NCBI GenBank assembly: GCA_963781315.1
Contig: CAWAFJ010000005.1
Span: 318-64,317 of the forward strand
Reading direction: 5' to 3'
DNA: 64,000 nucleotides
Source of the DNA: an uncultured Actinomycetes bacterium
GTDB taxonomy: Bacteria; Actinomycetota; Thermoleophilia; Gaiellales; Gaiellaceae
Shown here: in pieces, positions 27,540 to 36,912 of the stretch
Layout of the letters: each line of letters opens with the position of its first letter
How positions within the stretch are numbered: position 1 is the first letter of the stretch
The notes under the pieces: model-generated
What the model saw: only the letters and a program-made list of their open reading frames with translations
Databases searched by the model: none
What the model was told of the DNA's origin: nothing
Made by a program: the position numbers and the translations under genes

Positions 27540-28172
27540 ATGCCGAGCACGGAGCCGACGCCGCCCTACCGGATCGTCACCGAACGGCTCCTCCTGCGTT
27601 GCTACGACCCCGCCGATGCGCCCCTCCTCAAGGAGGCCGTCGATTCGAGCCTCGACCACCTCCGGCCGTGGATGCCGTGGGCCCAGGCGCCCATTTCGCT
27701 CGACGAGCAGGTCGCGCTGCTGCGTGACATGCGCGCCAAGTTCGATCTGGGCCAGGAAGCGATCTATGGCGCGTTTACGCCTGACGGATCGGAGGTCGTG
27801 GGCGGCGCCGGGCTGCACGCGCGGGTTGCCCCAGGGGGGCTCGAGATCGGCTACTGGATCCGCGCGAGCCGGACTGGTGCGGGGCTCGCGACGGAAGCCG
27901 CGGCCGTGCTGACACGCGTTGCGATCGAAATCTGCGGCCTCGATCGCGTCGAGATCCACATCGATCCCGAGAACACAGCGAGCCTCGCCGTTCCCCGCAA
28001 GCTGGGATACCGGGAGGAGGCGACGCTGCGGCGCCGACTTCAGCCGGCCGACCCGGCGGGCCCGGCGCGCGACGCCGTGGTCTTCTCGCTGCTCGCGGAG
28101 GAGCTCCCTTCCTCGCCAGCGGCACGGATCAGATTCGAGGCGTTCGACGCGGCAGGGCGACGGATCGAATGA
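27540..28172 (+). CDS. GNAT (RimJ/RimL-like) N-acetyltransferase
   Basis: TERLLLR.., IGYWI..RTGAGLATEA, NTASLAVPRKLGY. Confidence 0.75.
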   Translation: MPSTEPTPPYRIVTERLLLRCYDPADAPLLKEAVDSSLDHLRPWMPWAQAPISLDEQVALLRDMRAKFDLGQEAIYGAFTPDGSEVVGGAGLHARVAPGGLEIGYWIRASRTGAGLATEAAAVLTRVAIEICGLDRVEIHIDPENTASLAVPRKLGYREEATLRRRLQPADPAGPARDAVVFSLLAEELPSSPAARIRFEAFDAAGRRIE

Positions 28173-28174
28173 GC

Positions 28175-28924
28175 TCAGTCGCCGCGAGTGAAGAGCTCGC
28201 CGGCCCAGCCGTCGCTCTCCCGGCGGGCAACCCTCGTCCAGCCCTCGAGCTGCGGCAAGTCGCGGTCGAGATAGCCCGACGTGACGAGATTCGTGGCGTC
28301 GACCAGCGGCGCGAGCGCCTCGACGGACTCGAGCGTGAGGTTCGCGAGCACGATGTCGGCGACCGGCAGGCCGCCCTCGAGCGCGTCGAGACGATGTACG
28401 TCGATCGCGACGCCATTCGTCGTGGCGTTCGTCCGGGCGGCATCGATCGCCGCTTCGTCGACGTCGACCGCCACAACGGGCCCGAAACCGAGTCGCGCTG
28501 CGGCGATCGCGAGCACGCCCGACCCGCACCCAACGTCCAGCACGCTGCCGTGCGGCACTTCGAGGAGCAGTTCGAGGCACAGACGGGTCGTCGCGTGGGC
28601 TCCGGTGCCGAAGGCGCGGCCCGGGTCGATCACGACCGCGAGCGCTTCTGCGGGCACGTTCTCCCACGGAGGGCCGATCCAGAGCGGCCCGACGCGAGCC
28701 GGCCGGTGGAAGTCCCGCCAGCGCTCCTCCCAGCCCGTCTCGACCTCTGAGATCCGCGCGCTGGGGAACGCCGCGCGCACCCGCTCCGCGGCCTCGCCGT
28801 ATGCGGCCAGTTCGACATCGGCTGCGCCCTCGTGCTCCTCGAACCCCGCCGGGGCGAGCTCGACGAACCGCGCTCGCAGCTCCTCGGCCGCATCGCGCGG
28901 AGCGGTGACCGACGCGCGGATCAG
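28175..28924 (-). CDS. prmA: ribosomal protein L11 methyltransferase; start codon unresolved
   Basis: GTGAHATTRLCLE and LDVGCGSGVLAIAA. The conserved N-terminal domain (LIRASVTAPRDAAEELRARFVELAPAGFEE) extends up to the dnaJ stop with no ATG/GTG/TTG in frame. Confidence 0.8.
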   Translation of the reverse strand: MIRASVTAPRDAAEELRARFVELAPAGFEEHEGAADVELAAYGEAAERVRAAFPSARISEVETGWEERWRDFHRPARVGPLWIGPPWENVPAEALAVVIDPGRAFGTGAHATTRLCLELLLEVPHGSVLDVGCGSGVLAIAAARLGFGPVVAVDVDEAAIDAARTNATTNGVAIDVHRLDALEGGLPVADIVLANLTLESVEALAPLVDATNLVTSGYLDRDLPQLEGWTRVARRESDGWAGELFTRGD

Positions 28925-30036
28925 CGAAATGCGCTCTTCAGCTTCGCGAAGAACCCTTCTTCGCGCCGGTACGTGTGCTCGTCACTGTGCCGCTCGAACT
29001 CCTCGAGCAGCCGCCGCTGCTCGTCGTTCAGTCGCCGCGGCACCATCACGTTCACGAGCACGCGGTGGTCGCCACGGCCGAAGCCCTGCAGCACCGGCAT
29101 GCCCTTCCCGCGCAGAACCTTCACCTCTCCCGGCTGGGTCCCCGGTTCGAGCTGGAGGTCGACCGGTCCGTCGAGTGTCGGAACGGACACCGTCGCGCCG
29201 AGAGCCGCCTCGGCGACGGTCAGGTCAGCCTGCGAGAAGATGTCGTTGCCCTCGCGCACGAACCGCTCGTCGGGTCGGATCCTGATGCCGACGTAGACGT
29301 CGCCCGCCCGGCCGCCGAGCACGCCCGCATGGCCGTCGCCGGAAAGCCGGATGCGCTGGCCGTCGTGGATGCCCGCGGGGATTTCGACGGCGAGTTCGCG
29401 CTCCTGGAGCATCCGCCCGGCACCACCGCAGTCGTCGCAGGGGTGTTCGATGAACCCGCCGGTGCCTCTGCAATCAGGGCACGTCGACGCACGCATGAAC
29501 TCTCCGAAGATGCTGCGGGAGACCTGCTGGAGACGCCCTGAACCACCGCACCGAGGGCACCCTGAGACGGCGGTGCCGGGCTTCGCGCCGTTGCCGCCGC
29601 ACGTGGCGCACGTCGCCGCAAGCTCGAGGGTGACCGTCTTTCCGACTCCGGTGGCCGCTTCTGCGAGGTCGATCTCGACCTGGGCGGCGACGTCGGCGCC
29701 GTGCGCTTGGCCGGCCGGGCCGCCGCCGAACACGTCGTTCCCGAAGAACGTCGCGAACAGGTCTCCGAGGTCGAAATGAGTCGGCGTGAAGCCACCCGAG
29801 CGAAGGCCGGCGTGGCCGAACCGGTCGTAGAGCTGACGCGTCTCGGGGTTCGAAAGCACCTCGTAGGCCTCCGACACTTCGCGGAAGCGCGTCTCGGCGT
29901 CCGCGTCGTCCGAGACGTCCGGGTGCAACCGGCGGGCGAGACGGCGGAACGCCTTCTTGATCTCCTGCTCGTCGGCATCCCGCCCGACCTCGAGCAGCTC
30001 GTAGTAGTCACGTTCGGTCGTCGACATCCGCCGCAC
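28921..30036 (-). CDS. dnaJ: chaperone DnaJ
   Basis: J domain with HPD, Gly-rich linker, four CxxCxGxG repeats. An alternative start MSTTERDYY is at 30027. Confidence 0.95.
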   Translation of the reverse strand: MRRMSTTERDYYELLEVGRDADEQEIKKAFRRLARRLHPDVSDDADAETRFREVSEAYEVLSNPETRQLYDRFGHAGLRSGGFTPTHFDLGDLFATFFGNDVFGGGPAGQAHGADVAAQVEIDLAEAATGVGKTVTLELAATCATCGGNGAKPGTAVSGCPRCGGSGRLQQVSRSIFGEFMRASTCPDCRGTGGFIEHPCDDCGGAGRMLQERELAVEIPAGIHDGQRIRLSGDGHAGVLGGRAGDVYVGIRIRPDERFVREGNDIFSQADLTVAEAALGATVSVPTLDGPVDLQLEPGTQPGEVKVLRGKGMPVLQGFGRGDHRVLVNVMVPRRLNDEQRRLLEEFERHSDEHTYRREEGFFAKLKSAFR

Positions 30037-30064
30037 ATGGTGCCAGGGGCGGTGGCGGGACTCC

Positions 30065-31126
30065 TTATTCGTCCGCGTATGCCTCTTCGACGAAGCGCGA
30101 GAGCTCGTGTGCGGCCGATCGGACGGTGCGGAGCGCCTTCTCGTAGTCCATCCGTAGCGGCCCGAGGAGGCTGACGGTGCCGAGCGTCTGGTTCGGCAGC
30201 CCGTACGTCGTACCGACGAGCGCGAGCTCGCGGAGGCCCGAGGGCTCGAGCTCGTCGCCCACGTGAACGAACGGACGCCGCAGGTCGAGCGATTGCGCGA
30301 GAACGTCGAGCAGCGCGACGCGCTTCTCGAGCGCGTCGATCAGGCTCCGGTAGGCGCCGATCTCCTCGGTGCGAAGGTCGTCGAGGAGACCGGCGGCGCC
30401 ACCGACGTAGAGGTGCCTGTCGTCATCCACGGCGTCGAATGCGCCGCGGATCGCCTCGAGGAAAGCGCACTCCTGCAGCGAAAAGCCCTGCTCCTCGAAC
30501 GCGCGGCGCAGGAGCCTCGACCGAAGGCGGACGCCTGTGAGTCGCTCGCCGAGGTAGTCGCTCGCCCAGACGACGAGGCCCGGGTCGACTGGGTCGTGAA
30601 ACACGTAGCGGTGCTTCGAGACGCCTCCCGTCGAGGTGATGACGACGACCATGACCACGTTCGGCTGAAGCGGGAGCACCTCGACGTGCCGAACGGTCGC
30701 AGCCTGCAATGGCGGCGCCGAAACCAGCGCGAGGAGCCGCGTCAGGCCGGAGAGCACGTCGGTGGTCGCCTGGAGCGCCTCGTCGATCTCGGCGCGTGCA
30801 TCGGCGAGGCCCAGAGCGAGCCCCTCAGGCCGTGGCTCCGGGCGCGCAAGCAGTTCGTCGACGTAGGTTCGGTACCCCGCCTCGGTCGGCGTCCGGCCCG
30901 CGGACGTGTGCGCGTGGGTAAGCAGCCCGCGACGCTCGAGGTCGGCGAGCTCTGCACGAACGGTCGACGAGGAGATGTCGAGCCCCGACCGCTCGACGAG
31001 CGTCTTCGATCCGACCGGCTGGCCGTTCGCGACGTACTCCTCGACGATCCGGGCGAGGATCTCTCGTTGGCGCTCGGACAGCGGCGCATCCATGTCCGGC
31101 TCATCGTAGGCCAGCCGGACCGGCAC
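30065..31126 (-). CDS. hrcA: heat-inducible transcription repressor HrcA
   Basis: LSERQREILARIVEEYV..GQPVGSKTL and the hemW-hrcA-dnaJ order. An alternative start is at 31093. Confidence 0.9.
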   Translation of the reverse strand: MPVRLAYDEPDMDAPLSERQREILARIVEEYVANGQPVGSKTLVERSGLDISSSTVRAELADLERRGLLTHAHTSAGRTPTEAGYRTYVDELLARPEPRPEGLALGLADARAEIDEALQATTDVLSGLTRLLALVSAPPLQAATVRHVEVLPLQPNVVMVVVITSTGGVSKHRYVFHDPVDPGLVVWASDYLGERLTGVRLRSRLLRRAFEEQGFSLQECAFLEAIRGAFDAVDDDRHLYVGGAAGLLDDLRTEEIGAYRSLIDALEKRVALLDVLAQSLDLRRPFVHVGDELEPSGLRELALVGTTYGLPNQTLGTVSLLGPLRMDYEKALRTVRSAAHELSRFVEEAYADE

Positions 31127-31139
31127 GCGGGCGACCGCG

Positions 31140-32251
31140 CTAGGCGAGCAGACGCGCGGTCACGCCGTCGCCCAGAAAACGGCCTCGACCGGTGAGCGCG
31201 ATGGTGCCGGGCGTGCGCACGGCGAGGCCGAGCCGCTGGAGCCCTGCGAGTCCCTCTTCGTCGAGCGTGTGCTCGAGGCCGGAGACCGGCAGCGGCTCGT
31301 CGAGGCGAAGACCGAGCATCACGCGCTCGGCATCGCGCGTCTCGCTCGGCAGGTGCTCATGCTCGCGCGGCGGGCTCTCGCCGGCCTCGACCGCCTCGAG
31401 GTATCCGCGAAGCGAAGGCGTATTCCGCCAGCGCCGGTGCTCGATTGTGCTGACCGCTCCCAAGCCGAGGCCGAGATAGTCCCGCCCGAGCCAGTAGCCG
31501 AGGTTGTGACGTGCCCGCAGATCCCTCCCGGTCACCTCGCCGCCGGTGCGGCAGAAGTTCGCGGTCTCGTACCAGCGGTAGCCGGCGGCCGTCAGCGTCT
31601 CGACGACGAGCTCGAAGTAGGTCTCCATCGACTCGGCCACGCGGTCGAGCTCCGCTCCGTGGGCGTGCGTGAAGCGGGTGCCCGGCTTCGCCTCCAATTC
31701 ATAGGCAGAGATGTGCTCGGGCTCGAGCGCGAGGGCCTCGGCGAGGTCGCGTTCGAGGTCGGAGGAGCTCTCGCCGGGGATCCCGTAGATGAGATCGAGG
31801 GAAATGTTGTCGAATCCGGCATCACGGAGAACGTAGACGGCACGACGGACGTCGTCAGGACCGGCAACACGCTCGAGCACGTCCAAGAGGTGCTTGTGGA
31901 AGCTTTGTGCGCCGATCGACACACGATTGACACGGTTTCGGCGCAGAAGCGCCGCCAGCTCCGGCGTCACCGTCTCCGGGTTCGCCTCGACGGTTACCTC
32001 GTCGGCGTCCGGCAGCCCCGCCAGGAACCGCTCGAGCGCGGTGGGCTCGGTGAAGGTCGGCGTGCCACCTCCGAGGAAGATCGTCTCGAGCCGCGGCGCC
32101 AGAGCCCCCGCTCGAGCACGAGCTCGTCGAGCAGCGCGTCGACGTAGCGCGAGTGCTCGTCCCGCCTCCCAACGATCGTGACGAAGTCGCAATAGCCGCA
32201 CCGATGCGCGCAGAACGGAAGGTGGACGTAGAGATGCCGCGCGAGGCTCAT
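31140..32251 (-). CDS. hemW: radical-SAM heme chaperone HemW; frame break near 32100
   Basis: LYVHLPFCAHRCGYCDF, then in another frame IFLGGGTPTF..NRVSIGAQSF. Confidence 0.85.
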
Positions 32252-32430
32252 GTCGCCACCGGCCGTTTCGGTCGCGGCACGAGCTCACCGCCGCAGTTCG
32301 GGCAGACGAATTCCTGGACCGCGCCACACGACACACAGAACGTGCACTCGTGCGAGCAGATCAGGGCCTCGCCGTCCACAGCGAGCGGCGCGCCGCACCG
32401 CTCGCACACGGTTCGCATTTCGAGCGTCAC
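32248..32430 (-). CDS. DUF1272-like zinc-ribbon protein (60 aa)
   Basis: CERCGAPL..CSHECTFCVSC..CPNCGG. Overlaps the lepA stop and the hemW start. Confidence 0.6.
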   Translation of the reverse strand: MTLEMRTVCERCGAPLAVDGEALICSHECTFCVSCGAVQEFVCPNCGGELVPRPKRPVAT

Positions 32431-34227
32431 TACTTCTTCCCCCCGTCGCTCCCGAGATTGAGAACGGCCAGGAATGCCTCCTGCGGAACCTCGACAGCGC
32501 CGACGCGCTTCATTCGCTTCTTGCCTTCCTTCTGCTTCTCGATCAGCTTCCGCTTGCGCGAGATGTCACCGCCGTAGCACTTGGCGATCACGTCCTTGCG
32601 TTTGGCTTTGACGGTTTCGCGCGCGATCACACGCGAACCGATCGCGGCCTGAATCGCAACGTCGAACATCTGACGCGGGATCTCCTGGCGCAGCTTGTCG
32701 ACCAGAGCACGGCCACGGTCGTAGGCGAAGTCGCGATGCGCGATCAGCGACAGCGCATCGACCGGATCGCCGCCGACCAGCACGTCGACGCGCACGAGCT
32801 GCCCGGGCCGGAAGCCCACGAAGTCGTAGTCGAAGCTCGCGTAGCCGCGCGTTCGCGACTTCAGCTGGTCGTAGAAATCGAGCACGATCTCGGCGAGCGG
32901 CTGCTCGAAGATCAGGTGGACGCGGTCCTCCGAGAGGTACTCCATGTGATCGAAGCGCCCTCGGCGCTCGTTGCACAGCTCCATCACCGATCCGACGTAC
33001 TCCTTCGGCGCGATGATCGAAGCCTTGATGTAGGGCTCCTCGACCTCGTCGATCGCGTCCGGCATGTCGGACGGCGTGTGCACCTCGAGCCACTCCGGGT
33101 CGTTCTGCTTCCGCACCCGGTACGCAACGTTCGGCGCGGTGACGAGCAGCTCGAGGTCGAACTCGCGCTCCAATCGTTCTCGCACGATTTCCATGTGGAG
33201 GAGGCCGAGGAACCCGCAGCGGAACCCGAAACCGAGCGCCAGCGACGTCTCGGGCTCGTAGAAGAGCGCTGCATCGTTCAGCTTCAGCTTCTCGAGCGCG
33301 TCGCGCAGCTCCGGGTAGTCGTCGGAGTCCGTCGGGAAAAGCCCCGCGAACACCATCGGCTTGACCTCCTTGTACCCGGGAAGCGGCGTCCCGGCCGGAC
33401 GTCCCTCCGAGGTGAGGGTGTCCCCGACACGCAACTCGGACACATCCTTGAGACCGGTGATCACGTATCCCACCTCACCCGCCGAGAGAGACGCCACCGG
33501 CTTCATCGAGGGGGACATGAACCCGACCTCGTGCGCCTCGAAACGCGTGCCCTGCGCCATCGCGCGCAGCTCGTCGTGCGGGTGAAACTCGCCGTCGACG
33601 ACGCGGACGAACGCAACGACGCCACGGTACTGGTCGTACGAGGAATCGAAGATCAGCGCACGCGGCGGTGCGTCGCGGTCCCCGGCCGGCGCCGGGATCC
33701 GTTCCACGATCGCGTCGAGCACCGTCCTCGACTCCGAGCCCGGTCTTCGCCGAGATCCGGAGCACCCGGTCGGCGTCTTCACCGATCAGCTCGGCGAGTT
33801 GCAGGGACGCCCCGTCGGGATCGGCCTGTGGCAGGTCGATCTTGTTCACGACCGGGACGATCTCGAGGTTGTTGTCGATCGCGAGATAGGCGTTCGCAAG
33901 CGTCTGCGCCTCGATCCCCTGCGCCGCGTCGACGACGAGCAGCGCACCCTCGCACGCCTGGAGCGAGCGCGAAACCTCGTACGTGAAGTCCACGTGCCCG
34001 GGCGTATCGATCAGGTTGAGCTCGTGGCCCTTCCACGTCACCCGAACGGCTTGCGCCTTGATCGTGATTCCCCGCTCGCGCTCGAGGTCCATCGAGTCGA
34101 GCACCTGTGCGCGCATGTCCCGCTTCGAGACGGCGTGGGTGAGCTCGAGGATCCGGTCGGCGAGCGTCGACTTGCCGTGATCGATGTGCGCGATGATCGA
34201 GAAGTTGCGGATCCGCTGCTGGTCCAT
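32430..34227 (-). CDS. lepA: translation elongation factor 4 (LepA); frame break near 33720
   Basis: [33 protein letters not shown], then in another frame the LepA-specific C-terminal region. Confidence 0.95.
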
Positions 34228-34284
34228 GGTCTGGCGGCGATGGTAGCCGCGACGACGTTTCGCTCCGGCTGGGGTCGCGGGGCT

Positions 34285-35043
34285 CTACCGGCGCGGAAAG
34301 CCGGGCGTCGAGAGCACGCGGCCGTCGGCGAGGACGGTCAGCGCCTCGTAGCGGCCCAGGCTCGCCGTCCAACCGGGCCCGTCTTCGCCCATCGCGAACG
34401 CCGCGGTCGCGTAGGCGTCGGCGGTCGCAAGTTCCGGGCCCGTAATCGTCACCGAGAGGACTCCCTGCGGCGGGCGGCCTGTGTGCGGGTTGATGACGTG
34501 CTGACCGCGCGCGTAATCACCCGAGGTCGCGACCGCTCCGTCGCCCATCGCCACCACCGCGGCCACCTTGTCGCGCTGGAGCGGATGTTCGATGCCGACG
34601 CGCCACTCGGGCTCGGGAACGCCGCGCCCGGCCAGGCGGATGTCGCCGGCTGCGTTGATCGCGTAGTTCCTGACCCCGGCGTCGTCCAGGATCATCGCGC
34701 CGCGATCGACCGACCAGCCTTTCACGAGCCCGGATGGGTCGAGATCGCCGGCCGCGCGGACGTCGAAGTAGCCGTCGGTCTCAAGCCGAAGCTCCTCGCA
34801 GCGGCCGAGCACGGCGCGGACGTCCGAGTGTGCGTCTTCGAGCGCAAGCTCGCCGCGGCCGAGGCGGCTGATCTCGCTGTCTGCCTTGTAGGTGCTGAAG
34901 GTCGCGTCGACCCACTCGAGCCAGGCGAAGAGCCGGTCGAGAGCGGCGACGTCGACCTCTTCGTCACGCACATCGACGAGGATCGGCATCCCCATGATGT
35001 GCTCGACGCGGCGGAGGCCGGGTAGCGCCGCAGTCACGCTCAC
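34285..35043 (-). CDS. apbE: FAD:protein FMN transferase (ApbE family)
   Basis: HIMGMP..TFSTYKADSEISRL.., AGD.., TSGDY pattern. Confidence 0.8.
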   Translation of the reverse strand: MSVTAALPGLRRVEHIMGMPILVDVRDEEVDVAALDRLFAWLEWVDATFSTYKADSEISRLGRGELALEDAHSDVRAVLGRCEELRLETDGYFDVRAAGDLDPSGLVKGWSVDRGAMILDDAGVRNYAINAAGDIRLAGRGVPEPEWRVGIEHPLQRDKVAAVVAMGDGAVATSGDYARGQHVINPHTGRPPQGVLSVTITGPELATADAYATAAFAMGEDGPGWTASLGRYEALTVLADGRVLSTPGFPRR

Positions 35044-35456
35044 AGCTTCGCGAGCGCTGACTGGAGCGACTGAGCGAACGCGTAACTCGTGTCACTCGCG
35101 CCGGAGACGATCTGGACGTTCGGGCTCTGCGCCGTCAGGAACTCCTGCCGGAGCACCGGCAGCGACTGCGACATGATGAATTGCGTGCGGTTCGTGTGGT
35201 ACGTGTAGCTCCCGCCGAGGTCGACGTACTTGCGCGTCACCTTCTTCGAGCCGCCGACTGTCGTCGTCTGGACGGTGACCACGACCGTGACAGTGCCCCA
35301 GCGGTCCGCCTGGGCGGCGTCGCCGGTCACCTTCTTGATGGTGACCTTCTTCTTCGGCCCGGTCTTGACGCCGGCCTGCCTCGCCGCAGCAACGGCGTCT
35401 GCGACGGGGATCGCGAGAGTCGCGGTGCTCATCAGGACTGTGATCGTCTTACGCAT
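35040..35456 (-). CDS. secreted FMN-binding domain protein
   Basis: Signal peptide MRKTITVLMSTATLAIPVADA, then VSGASDTSYAFAQSL (flavinylation-type S/T motif region). Confidence 0.65.
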   Translation of the reverse strand: MRKTITVLMSTATLAIPVADAVAAARQAGVKTGPKKKVTIKKVTGDAAQADRWGTVTVVVTVQTTTVGGSKKVTRKYVDLGGSYTYHTNRTQFIMSQSLPVLRQEFLTAQSPNVQIVSGASDTSYAFAQSLQSALAKL

Positions 35457-35470
35457 GGTCTCCTTTCGGG

Positions 35471-36862
35471 TTAGAGGGCGAAACGTTCGACGTGGAGGTA
35501 CCGAGCGGGAACGCCCGCTGCGCGGACGTTTCGCTCGATGGCAGAGGCCATCGCCGGCGGCCCGCAGACGTAGACCTCGCGTTCGGCCAGATCCGGGACG
35601 AGCTCCCGCAAGTGGCCCGGTGACAAGAGGTTCCGTCCTTCCGGCGTCGCGTGATCGCCCGCGATGATGCGGAGGTCGATCCCGCGCTCGGCGGTAAGCG
35701 ATTCGAGCTCCTCGCGGAAGACGACGTCGCTCTCGGCGACGACACGGTAAAGAACGACCACGTCGCCGTTCAGCTCCTCGACCAGTGCGCGCACCGGGGT
35801 GATGCCGATGCCGCCGGCCACGAGCAGCGTCTTCTCGCGCCGGCGGACAGCCGTCGTGAACGTTCCGAACGGGCCCTCGGCTACGACCCTCGTCCCGGGC
35901 GCGATCTCGCGCATGCGGTTCGTGAAGTCGCCGAGGCCCTTGACCGTGATCCGGAGCGAACGACCGTCCGGGGCGGCCGACAGCGAGAACGGGTGCGCCT
36001 CCCACCAGCCGCGCTTGGCGAGGAAACGCCAGAGGAAGAACTGCCCCGCGTGCACGCGAAGGCGCTCGAGGTGCCGGCCGGTGATCCGCAGCGAAACGAC
36101 GCCCGGCCCTTCGTTCACGACCTCAGCGACCCGCATCCGGTAGCGGAATGTGTCGGCGATCGGCACGAGCAAACGGAAGACGACGATCAGGCCGAGCGTT
36201 GCAAGGTAAAGGCTCGCCCAGTAGTCGGCGGCGACGTTGTCGAGCACGAGCTCGTTGCCGGTCGGCACCTGGTGGAACCAGCCGAGCGCAATCGCCGCGT
36301 AGGCCGTGAAGTGGACGGCGTACCAGGCCTGGTAGTTCAGCCTCCGGCGGACGATCACGATCGAGGTGCCGACGACGACCAGGAAGAGAGCGGTGCTGAT
36401 CGTCGCCACGATCATCCCCGGGTAGACGCCGCCCCAGATCATGGTCGAGATCTCCTTCGGCACCGTGAACCGGTCCATCAGTGCGTAGCCCCAGACCGAG
36501 AAGACGACGTGGGCGAGAATCAGGTACAGGCACACGTGCCCGTTCCAGCGGTGCCAGACGGTGAGCTTGTCGAAGCCGGTCAGACGCTCGAGCGCAGGCA
36601 ACCGCGAGAGGAGCAGCACCTCGACGAGCGCGAGGTAGGCACCGAGGAGGCCGGTGATCCGAGCGATGCTCGTGAGGAGCTCGCCGGTCGAGTTGACCTC
36701 AGTGACGTTCCCGCCGTGGTACCAGAGCCAGACAATCGCGACGGCGTTCCCGACGAGGACGAGCCAGATCAATGCTGCGGTGAGGGCGCCGCCGCGCGAC
36801 CGCGCGCTCGAGTGCGCGGGAATCGCTACAGAACGCGGCTGGGACACGACGCTCGACTCCAT
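35471..36862 (-). CDS. ferric-reductase-like transmembrane protein with FAD/NAD(P)-binding domains (NOX/Fre-like)
   Basis: Six hydrophobic helices with conserved His, then HPFSLS (FAD) and GGIGITP (NAD) motifs. Confidence 0.8.
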   Translation of the reverse strand: MESSVVSQPRSVAIPAHSSARSRGGALTAALIWLVLVGNAVAIVWLWYHGGNVTEVNSTGELLTSIARITGLLGAYLALVEVLLLSRLPALERLTGFDKLTVWHRWNGHVCLYLILAHVVFSVWGYALMDRFTVPKEISTMIWGGVYPGMIVATISTALFLVVVGTSIVIVRRRLNYQAWYAVHFTAYAAIALGWFHQVPTGNELVLDNVAADYWASLYLATLGLIVVFRLLVPIADTFRYRMRVAEVVNEGPGVVSLRITGRHLERLRVHAGQFFLWRFLAKRGWWEAHPFSLSAAPDGRSLRITVKGLGDFTNRMREIAPGTRVVAEGPFGTFTTAVRRREKTLLVAGGIGITPVRALVEELNGDVVVLYRVVAESDVVFREELESLTAERGIDLRIIAGDHATPEGRNLLSPGHLRELVPDLAEREVYVCGPPAMASAIERNVRAAGVPARYLHVERFAL

Positions 36863-36912
36863 CGCCGAAGAGTGTTGCGTCCGGTCATTAGCGGAGCATT
36901 AGAAAGGAAAAC

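Noticed and set aside
31093-31200. A CIRCE operator (TTAGCACTC-N9-GAGTGCTAA) upstream of hrcA/dnaJ.
   Set aside because: No match was seen. hrcA follows hemW with a 13-nt gap and is probably co-transcribed. CIRCE would be expected at groES/groEL loci outside this window.
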